Below are positions 25,344-32,000 of a stretch of 32,000 bases of DNA, piece after piece. Source of the DNA: Breznakia blatticola. GTDB taxonomy: Bacteria; Bacillota_I; Bacilli_A; Erysipelotrichales; Erysipelotrichaceae. How positions within the stretch are numbered: the first letter of the stretch is position 1; every line of letters begins with the position of its first letter. The stretch is taken from NCBI RefSeq assembly GCF_004365815.1, contig NZ_SODD01000001.1:60001-92000 (forward strand), written 5' to 3'. The translations under genes and the position numbers were made by a program. The notes beneath the pieces are model-generated. The model saw only the letters and a list, made by a program, of their open reading frames with translations, was not told the origin of the DNA and made no database searches.

Positions 25344-27105
25344 ATGATTCTTGATACTTACTTCCTTGTAACGTATACATAGTAGCATACACACCGTTTT
25401 GATTCATCAAGGTGTCATGACTTCCATCTTCTTTTACAATTCCATCTTCGATAAGAATAATTCGATCACTACTACGACAACTTGATAATCGATGACTAAT
25501 CATTATCGATAATTTTGTATCAGTAATGTTTTTGAAATGATTGAATACTTCTTGTTCGGCTAGTGGATCCAGTGATGCGGTAGGTTCATCTAAAATCATC
25601 AACGAACCCTGCTTATAAATACTACGCGCAATGGCTAGTTTTTGTTCCTGTCCTTTGGATAGATTTACTCCATCGGCATCCATATCTTTAGCACATGCAG
25701 TATCTACTCCACGACTAAACTTCACTAACTCTTTTTCAAAATCTGCTTCGTGTAAAGCAAACTGTAAACGTTCTTCATCTACCTCGCTAAATGTAACATT
25801 TTCTTTAATTGAATAATGAAACATCCGAAAATCTTGAAATATAATTGCTAGTTGCTTTAAGTAACAATCATAATCTAGACTTTGAATATCTTTTCCATTT
25901 ACTAATATTCTTCCACTTGTTGGTTCAAACAAGCGTGAGAGTAATTTAATAATGGTACTTTTTCCTGATCCATTTCGCCCAACTAGAGAGATAGTTTGTT
26001 TATCTTCAATGGAAAAACTTAATCCTTTTAAGACTTCTACATCACTTCCTGGATAGGAGAAGTGTACATCATCAAAGACAATTGAAGTAATTGGTTCATC
26101 AAACACTTCATCACCTTTTGGTGTATATGCAGCAATTTGATCATACAACTTTTTATATTCTTCAAGATATACAACTTGTGCATATGTTTGTAAATACTCA
26201 GTTTGTAATACATTTAGTGAAGCGTATAATGATAATGATGCATTTACGATTAAAATCAATTGCTCTGGTGCTAAATCTTGTTGCATCGAACGATATAGTA
26301 GAAATACATACATAAATATCATCAATCCCACATTCATAACCTTTGCGACTAATTCACGAATGTTGCGAGCACCATATAAACGATATCCACTTTGTAAGAA
26401 CACATCAAACACTTCTTGTAATTTCTTTAATAAGAACGGTTGCATTTGATATACACGAATATCTTTGGCTAGTTGTGGATTTCGATAATTTGATAAGTAA
26501 TACCAGTATTCTTTGTTTTGTTTCAAACTGTCTTTCGTGTCTTTCATTTCCATTTTTACAATGAGTTTATTCACCATGTAATTTACAAGCAAAACCGCTA
26601 AAATCACAAGAATTAGTAACCAATCATATTCAAACACAATAAACGAAACACTGAATATGACTAATATACTTTGCAGTAATTTTGGAATGGATAGAGCAAG
26701 TGCACCAACAACATTTAACTGCTCAATTGGAGAAATACCTAAATGAATTTGTTCAAGAAAATCAGGATTTTCCATTTGTGCATATGGTGTTTCCAGTAAA
26801 TCATTTGAAATTTTATCATAAAGCATACCTTGAACAACTTCTTTCTCTACCCGTAAAGTCTTCATTAACTGAATGTATAATAAACGTAATACAAATAACA
26901 CAGCTAGGAATATTACAACTTGAAGTAATGCAGCTTCACTTGTTTCGTTACTTAGTGCAGAAATTGCAACGGATGGTAAAAAGACAAGTAATAATGTAAT
27001 TGCCGTTTGTAATAAAGCAGCAACTCCATGCTTAAGCATATAGTTTGGTTTTAATTTCATTACATGGGTAAGGAAGAAAGCGATTATTTTTATATTGTAA
27101 ATCAT
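25342..27105 (-). CDS. ABC exporter, fused permease/ATPase subunit (second of a pair)
   Basis: The 587-aa ORF has an N-terminal 6-TM-like region, Walker A (GRNGSGKST), signature (LSKGQEQK), Walker B (LMILDEPTASLD) and H-loop (SHRL). Its start overlaps the upstream gene's stop (ATGA), with a GAGGAGGA SD. Confidence 0.85.
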   Translation of the reverse strand: MIYNIKIIAFFLTHVMKLKPNYMLKHGVAALLQTAITLLLVFLPSVAISALSNETSEAALLQVVIFLAVLFVLRLLYIQLMKTLRVEKEVVQGMLYDKISNDLLETPYAQMENPDFLEQIHLGISPIEQLNVVGALALSIPKLLQSILVIFSVSFIVFEYDWLLILVILAVLLVNYMVNKLIVKMEMKDTKDSLKQNKEYWYYLSNYRNPQLAKDIRVYQMQPFLLKKLQEVFDVFLQSGYRLYGARNIRELVAKVMNVGLMIFMYVFLLYRSMQQDLAPEQLILIVNASLSLYASLNVLQTEYLQTYAQVVYLEEYKKLYDQIAAYTPKGDEVFDEPITSIVFDDVHFSYPGSDVEVLKGLSFSIEDKQTISLVGRNGSGKSTIIKLLSRLFEPTSGRILVNGKDIQSLDYDCYLKQLAIIFQDFRMFHYSIKENVTFSEVDEERLQFALHEADFEKELVKFSRGVDTACAKDMDADGVNLSKGQEQKLAIARSIYKQGSLMILDEPTASLDPLAEQEVFNHFKNITDTKLSIMISHRLSSCRSSDRIILIEDGIVKEDGSHDTLMNQNGVYATMYTLQGSKYQES

Positions 27106-28871
27106 GCCAGTTCCTCCTCTTTATAGTATTTAGCTTGTACTTGAAATAAATCATAGTACATTCCTTTTCTTTGCATAAGCTCTTCATGTGTACCAAACTC
27201 TGAAATGTTTTGGGCATCGACAAGTAAGATCTCATCACAGAAACTCGTACTTGCTAATCGATGCGAAATAAATAAAATCGTTTTATCATTATATTCATTA
27301 TTGATTTTGTGGTAGAACTCATATTCCGCTATTGGATCAAGTGCACTGGTTGGTTCATCTAAAATCAAAATATCACGATGGTATGCAAGTGCACGTGCCA
27401 TGAGTAGTTTTTGACTTTGCCCACCTGACAATAAAAGTCCTTCACTATCTACAAAACGTGTCAATTGTTTATCCCAACCATACGTTTTGATATCTTCATA
27501 GATACCTACTTGTTTTGTAATTTCAACGAGTTCTTCATCTGAACAATCATTTTGGAAAGTCAGATTTTCTTTTAATGAATATGGAAAGATATTCAACTCT
27601 TGAAATACAGGAGCAAACAATGTGAAGTAACTTTCCTTATCAATATTTTGGATATCTACACCATTGAAATAAATCGTTCCGCTTGTTGGTGGATATAAAC
27701 CCATCAATAGTTTCATCATGGTTGTCTTACCAACTCCATTTAAACCGATAATTGCAAGTTTCTTACCTTGACGTAAAGTAAAGTTTAAATCCTTAAATAC
27801 CATATGGGTGTTTCCAGGATAATGAAAATCTACATGTTCAAATACAATCTCCCATGTACTTGCTTCTGGTAATGGTTGTGCTTGTTTTTGATCATCTTCT
27901 TCATGTAAGTATTCAAACATACGAATGATACTTGGATACCGAAAACTAAGAGTTCGAAACCCTTCAAAGATTACTTCAAAAGCACTATTTACTTGCATAA
28001 CTAAAGAGGTATAACTTGAAAATAATGGTAGTGATATGGTTTTTGCAAAATATGCCACAATGAGCACTCCATACATAACTCCATCTCGTATAAATTGATA
28101 TACATTATCAAGATGCAAGATATGACTTTCCTTACGCTCCATTGGCGTCAAAGTTGCTTGGATTCGTTTAATAATTTGTTCGCGCTTTTCATGTATATAA
28201 TCTTGCATACGATAAACACGTAACTCTTTTGCAAAACTTGCATCACGACTAATATCATTTAAATAAAATGACTCTCTCCATATACTTTGGTTTGTTTTTA
28301 CTTGATGATCAGCAAAGTTACCAGCATCAAGTTTTAATTTCACATATAAAACAAACCATGCAATTGTGATAATCGGTATGATTGGATGAATTTGAAATGT
28401 TGCACCAATCGACACTGCAATAACACCAAGCGCTCCAGATATATGTGCAAGTTGCAAATAGAATCCTTGTACTCCTTCAATGCTTTGCAGTGGTAAAATC
28501 ACAAGTTCTTGTTTATCTAAATGTTCTGGATCTTCAAATTTATGCAATGGCATATACATGTTTTTCTTCATCAACTCAAACATCAATTGATAGCGAATGG
28601 TATATCCTATTGGTGTATATAAATACCGCATAACTGCACCCATTAAGGAACTAATAAAAATAGTGACAAATAGCACAATGAGCATTTGCGCATCAATTTC
28701 TTTTTGCATTAGCATTGTCAAAACTTCTTTTGGCAATAAAAATAGTGCATATGTATAAATCCCACTAAAACAAAAATTCGCAAATAAAAGTAAAAAGTAG
28801 CTTTTCTTTTGTTTCCACATCTCGGCAAACAACAGTGAAACTGTCTTTTTAAATGTTCTTATGTTCTCCAT
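27102..28871 (-). CDS. ABC exporter, fused permease/ATPase subunit (first of a pair)
   Basis: The 589-aa ORF has Walker A (GLNGVGKTT), signature (LSGGQSQK), Walker B (ILILDEPTSALD) and H-loop (SHRL). An SD (GGGGGG) is upstream. Confidence 0.85.
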   Translation of the reverse strand: MENIRTFKKTVSLLFAEMWKQKKSYFLLLFANFCFSGIYTYALFLLPKEVLTMLMQKEIDAQMLIVLFVTIFISSLMGAVMRYLYTPIGYTIRYQLMFELMKKNMYMPLHKFEDPEHLDKQELVILPLQSIEGVQGFYLQLAHISGALGVIAVSIGATFQIHPIIPIITIAWFVLYVKLKLDAGNFADHQVKTNQSIWRESFYLNDISRDASFAKELRVYRMQDYIHEKREQIIKRIQATLTPMERKESHILHLDNVYQFIRDGVMYGVLIVAYFAKTISLPLFSSYTSLVMQVNSAFEVIFEGFRTLSFRYPSIIRMFEYLHEEDDQKQAQPLPEASTWEIVFEHVDFHYPGNTHMVFKDLNFTLRQGKKLAIIGLNGVGKTTMMKLLMGLYPPTSGTIYFNGVDIQNIDKESYFTLFAPVFQELNIFPYSLKENLTFQNDCSDEELVEITKQVGIYEDIKTYGWDKQLTRFVDSEGLLLSGGQSQKLLMARALAYHRDILILDEPTSALDPIAEYEFYHKINNEYNDKTILFISHRLASTSFCDEILLVDAQNISEFGTHEELMQRKGMYYDLFQVQAKYYKEEELA

Positions 28872-28912
28872 ATTCCCCCCTTTGTCTAAACACCAATGTG
28901 TTTCTTTTCTCT

Positions 28913-28918
28913 ATTATA
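28913..28918 (-). promoter_or_regulatory. Candidate -10 box (TATAAT) for the ABC exporter operon
   Basis: TATAAT lies on the minus strand about 42 nt upstream of the ATG. There is no good -35, which would fit an activator-dependent promoter. Confidence 0.35.
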
Positions 28919-28952
28919 TGTATGCATCAAATATCTATCTAGACTTTTAACG

Positions 28953-28983
28953 CAAGTGGTTTGATTTCTTTACCAAGTGGTTT
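28953..28983 (-). repeat. Two exact 10-nt direct repeats with 21-nt periodicity upstream of the ABC operon (candidate transcription-factor site)
   Basis: CAAGTGGTTT occurs at 28953-28962 and again at 28974-28983 (minus sense AAACCACTTG). The pair lies between the upstream terminator and the -10 box. Confidence 0.5.
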
Positions 28984-29017
28984 TAAAAAAAGAATAAGCT
29001 TACTTGAACTTATTCTT
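28984..29017 (-). terminator. Terminator after the 154-aa orphan gene
   Basis: The minus-sense RNA reads AAGAAUAAG-UUCAAGUAAG-CUUAUUCUU followed by a U run. The 5' arm is formed by the last codons of the gene. Confidence 0.55.
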
Positions 29018-29464
29018 AAAGAAATCCATGAACTTGTTATATGGTTCTTCTTGCTTAATGCAAAGTACCACTTCGTCAGGATCTTGATTTAATAATTCTT
29101 GAACTGTGAATGTAATGTATTTTTTTGGAAACATCTTTCCATGAATTTGTATTTCTTTTGAGAACATAGAAATTTTTGCTTTTTTCACATCTGCACGTTT
29201 AACATAGATGGGATCCCCATATCCGTCAAGTTCACGACTAATTGGTAAAATCACGATTTCATTTTCATTCTCGTCAAATCCAATAGCATAGCTTGCATAC
29301 GTATATGTCGTTTTTCTTACAATAACGAAATTCATCATTCCTACATCAACACCGCATCCATATACCACTTCAAAACGGTCAGCATCTTCAATTACATCAC
29401 AAAACAATTGTTTCATTGCTTCATAATTTTGTGTGCACACTTCATCACTTACTTTTCTAGCCAT
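29000..29464 (-). CDS. Hypothetical cytoplasmic protein (154 aa)
   Basis: The start at MARKVSDE has AAGGGGG 7-8 nt upstream; the track's 29-aa extension is rejected. I recognised no motif. Confidence 0.5.
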   Translation of the reverse strand: MARKVSDEVCTQNYEAMKQLFCDVIEDADRFEVVYGCGVDVGMMNFVIVRKTTYTYASYAIGFDENENEIVILPISRELDGYGDPIYVKRADVKKAKISMFSKEIQIHGKMFPKKYITFTVQELLNQDPDEVVLCIKQEEPYNKFMDFFKNKFK

Positions 29465-29491
29465 AAGTAGTCCCCCTTTATTTCTATTACT

Positions 29492-29520
29492 ATTATAATT
29501 GCATATCGCTTTTGTGTACA
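29492..29520 (-). promoter_or_regulatory. Putative promoter for the 154-aa orphan gene
   Basis: On the minus strand it reads TGTACA (29520..29515), a 17-nt spacer, then TATAAT (29497..29492). Confidence 0.4.
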
Positions 29521-29521
29521 T

Positions 29522-29550
29522 AAAAAATCGCTCGCCATTACGAACGAGCA
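29522..29550 (-). terminator. Rho-independent terminator after zur
   Basis: The minus-sense RNA reads UUGCUCG-UUCGUAAUGG-CGAGCGA (one G-U pair) followed by a run of six U. Confidence 0.6.
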
Positions 29551-29556
29551 ATATTT

Positions 29557-29922
29557 TTATAATTTACAGTCTTTACAATATCCATACACAGTTAAGTCAT
29601 GTTGTTGGACTTGAAAGTCATTTTTACTAGCAATCGTATCTATTGCATGATGAACTAAACAATCTATTTTTATTTTGGTATGACAGTTTAAACAAATCAT
29701 ATAATGATAGTGCATATTTTCCATATAGTAATAATAGGCACTTCCTTCAATTATACTTTTGGCAATGACTCCTTCTTTTTGAAATAAATCCAGTGCACGA
29801 TAAATTGTCGCTAGATTCATTTGTCCATCCAGTTTTTCATACAACATTTCTGCATTATATAAATTCTCACGATCTTGTTTAAATAAATCCAATAGTTGCT
29901 TTCTATGTTTCGTTAGTCGCAT
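29557..29922 (-). CDS. zur: Fur-family metalloregulator, likely Zur
   Basis: The 121-aa ORF has a winged-helix N-terminus (NLATIYRALDLF) and CxxC pairs (CLNC, CKDC). It is the last gene of a zinc ABC operon. Confidence 0.75.
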   Translation of the reverse strand: MRLTKHRKQLLDLFKQDRENLYNAEMLYEKLDGQMNLATIYRALDLFQKEGVIAKSIIEGSAYYYYMENMHYHYMICLNCHTKIKIDCLVHHAIDTIASKNDFQVQQHDLTVYGYCKDCKL

Positions 29923-30729
29923 CTAGTTACCTCGTATTCTCTTATATCCATAACATACAAATAAAATCGCAGTATATGCAAGAACAATCGTAGAACCCGT
30001 TGGAAAGTTTAAATGATAACTAGCTACAATTCCAACAAACATTCCAATGACTGCAAAGATGATCCCAAAGATTAAGGTTTGTTTAAAACTCTTTGAAAGT
30101 TGGACAGCACTAATACTTGGAAAGATCACAAATGCAGATATTAATAAAGTTCCTGCACTTCGCACACCCAACACAACAAATATTGCAGTTGCAGCAGTTA
30201 AGGTATAGCGTAAGAGTGTCACTTTAACTTTACGAAAACGTGCATACGTTTCATCAAATGTCATAGATAATAGACTTCGATAATTCACACAAACAAATAT
30301 CACAACAAGCAATGCAAGTATTACTGTACTTATCATTTCTGTTGTACTCACCGTTAAGATACTACCAACAAGTAATGATTCGATGGAGCGATTAAATCCA
30401 TCACCTACGGTTGCTACAATTAATCCAATTGCTAAAGATACGGCACTAACTACACCAATTGCAGTATCACTATTAATTCCTGGTTTACTAGATATATAGG
30501 TAATCGCAAAACTTGCCACAACAACAAAAGGTAAAGCAAAATATAACGATTGTTCACTAAGTAAAAATCCTAAGATAACCCCAGTAAATGCAATATGACT
30601 CATTCCATCTGCAATCATCGCTTGATTACTGAACACTAGAAATGGAGACAAGCAAGCTGCACTAATCGCTAATGCAATACCTAAAATCAAGGCATATATC
30701 ATAAAAGGATATTGAAACATACTAAACAT
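29923..30729 (-). CDS. znuB: Zinc/metal ABC transporter permease (ABC-3 family)
   Basis: This is a 268-aa polytopic membrane protein. The ATG at 30729 overlaps the znuC stop, with GAAGGAGGG 8 nt upstream; the track's extension is rejected. Confidence 0.85.
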   Translation of the reverse strand: MFSMFQYPFMIYALILGIALAISAACLSPFLVFSNQAMIADGMSHIAFTGVILGFLLSEQSLYFALPFVVVASFAITYISSKPGINSDTAIGVVSAVSLAIGLIVATVGDGFNRSIESLLVGSILTVSTTEMISTVILALLVVIFVCVNYRSLLSMTFDETYARFRKVKVTLLRYTLTAATAIFVVLGVRSAGTLLISAFVIFPSISAVQLSKSFKQTLIFGIIFAVIGMFVGIVASYHLNFPTGSTIVLAYTAILFVCYGYKRIRGN

Positions 30730-31438
30730 GTGTGTGCCCTCCTTCATGAATGCATTTGTACTCTTTGACACTTCCATAGTAGTGAATTTTTTGATCAACA
30801 TATAAGACTTTTTTATTCTCATCTTGATACTCATGTAAATCATGTGTAATGTATAAAATCGTGATTCCTAAACGATGGAGTGATTCTAAAAGTTGATTAA
30901 AATGATCACGAAATCCTGGATCTAATGCACTGGTTGGTTCATCAAGTAAAACCAGTCTTGGCTTATTGATAAGTGCACGAATTAAATATACACGTTGTTG
31001 TTGTCCACCTGATAATTTATCAATTGGCATTTTTAAAGTATGTTCTATTTGCATCGTATGTAGCCATTTCTCAATTTGTTTACGTTGTACTTCCTTTATA
31101 TGTAAATACTGCTTATCAAAACCTGAGTAAATAACTTCCTCTACCGTAATGGGAATGTTTCGCTTATTAAAGAGTTTTTGTGGTAAATAACCAATGCCAC
31201 CTTTCGTATCCACACGTACTTTCCCACTTGTTGGTTCAAGTAAACCAGTCAGTGTTGCTAGTAATGTGGATTTTCCACTCCCATTGGGTCCAATGACGTA
31301 CACAAAGTCTCCTTCATCGACTTGGAAGGAAATGTCATCTAAAGCCTTGTAACCTTCAAAATGGACACTTAAGTGTTCTACATCAATTAGACAGTGCTTG
31401 TTTGATGTTTTCGATGTTTTGTTTGAAGAGGTCTGCAT
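30722..31438 (-). CDS. znuC: Zinc/metal ABC transporter ATP-binding protein
   Basis: It has GPNGSGKSTLL, LSGGQQQRVYL and LVLLDEPTSALD. The only canonical in-frame start is the ATG at 31438, with AAAGGAG 6 nt upstream, which gives a 56-nt overlap with znuA. Confidence 0.85.
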   Translation of the reverse strand: MQTSSNKTSKTSNKHCLIDVEHLSVHFEGYKALDDISFQVDEGDFVYVIGPNGSGKSTLLATLTGLLEPTSGKVRVDTKGGIGYLPQKLFNKRNIPITVEEVIYSGFDKQYLHIKEVQRKQIEKWLHTMQIEHTLKMPIDKLSGGQQQRVYLIRALINKPRLVLLDEPTSALDPGFRDHFNQLLESLHRLGITILYITHDLHEYQDENKKVLYVDQKIHYYGSVKEYKCIHEGGHTHV

Positions 31439-32000
31439 ACGTTACTCCTTTCTGTGCTTGTTCTTTTGAAATATTATGATATCCATGCAATTCAAGTATT
31501 TCGATTTCATAGTGTTCTTGCTGAAGTGTTTCTTTTATTAACGTAGCGACACGTGGTTCTACAAGTTCTTCTGTAAACACATCTTTTGCTTGATATTCTA
31601 CAATTGCTTCTTTAAGTGTTTCTAGTTGCTTTGCCGTTACATCTGCATCTGGTTTAAACTGCTCACTTAGCGATACGATATTGATGTGATATCGACTGCT
31701 AAATGCATCCATCGCATTATGACCCGCAAAGAAAATGGTTGGATCTTCTTGTTTATATATGTAATTTGAAAACTCTTGATGCAATGAAGCGATTTCATCT
31801 TTATAAGCTTTTGCATTTGCTTCATACGCACTTTGGTGTTCTTTATCTACTTCTACTAAACGCTCACACACTGCATCAATTAATTGCATATAGGTTGTTG
31901 GGTCAACCCAAAAGTGTAAACTTGCATGATCTTCATGATCATGTTTTGCTACATGTACATGTCCAACCCCTTGATCATTTTCATCGTCATGTTCCACAAG
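31383..32000 (-). CDS. znuA: Zinc ABC transporter substrate-binding protein, C-terminal part (the gene continues beyond the window)
   Basis: The fold pattern is ZnuA/AdcA-like, with a His/Asp-rich loop (HDDENDQGVGHVHVAKHDHEDH). The ORF is open to the window edge. Confidence 0.8.
   Translation of the reverse strand, partial: LVEHDDENDQGVGHVHVAKHDHEDHASLHFWVDPTTYMQLIDAVCERLVEVDKEHQSAYEANAKAYKDEIASLHQEFSNYIYKQEDPTIFFAGHNAMDAFSSRYHINIVSLSEQFKPDADVTAKQLETLKEAIVEYQAKDVFTEELVEPRVATLIKETLQQEHYEIEILELHGYHNISKEQAQKGVTYADLFKQNIENIKQALSN

Noticed and set aside
1-32000. I looked for CRISPR arrays, tRNA/rRNA genes, riboswitch or T-box leaders, IS elements, integrases, phage genes and long inverted or direct repeats bounding an island.
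   Set aside because: I saw no periodic repeat-spacer structure, cloverleaf-like tRNA sequence, conserved riboswitch core, transposase or integrase-like ORF. Long-range repeat detection by eye is unreliable and should be redone computationally.

Overview
The window looks like low-GC Bacillota chromosome (by eye about 35-40% G+C; an Erysipelotrichia or Clostridia-like origin is only a guess). I call 37 protein genes, 34 of them on the minus strand. I saw no rRNA, tRNA, CRISPR array, transposase or integrase.

Core blocks:
- rimP-nusA-ylxR-ylxQ-infB-rbfA (2-4939)
- murT-gatD plus a tightly coupled SseB-like gene (5078-7495)
- an AlkD-like repair gene and a VanY-type lipoprotein peptidase
- yceD-rpmF (rpmF, 58 aa, is below the ORF-track cutoff)
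- a nucleotidyltransferase and tmcAL
- yebC
- cvpA-mutS2-uvrC, with rnhC divergent from cvpA
- nox
- a two-gene ABC exporter
- znuA(partial)-znuC-znuB-zur

Between 12.4 and 17.6 kb there is a patchwork of small accessory-type genes:
- a solitary PD-(D/E)xK nuclease
- two GNATs
- a DUF3788-like protein
- two small lipoproteins flanking an Imm5-like helical protein
- a VOC/glyoxalase protein

I do not see a convincing multi-gene novel system. The best leads are:
- the AT-rich solitary HsdR-N-like nuclease at 12440-13045
- the lipoprotein/Imm5-like/lipoprotein trio at 14988-16386
- the third gene coupled to murT-gatD
- a GNRA-capped leader hairpin upstream of rimP-nusA
- phased direct repeats upstream of the ABC exporter

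All functional calls come from motif recognition by eye. No database search was run.
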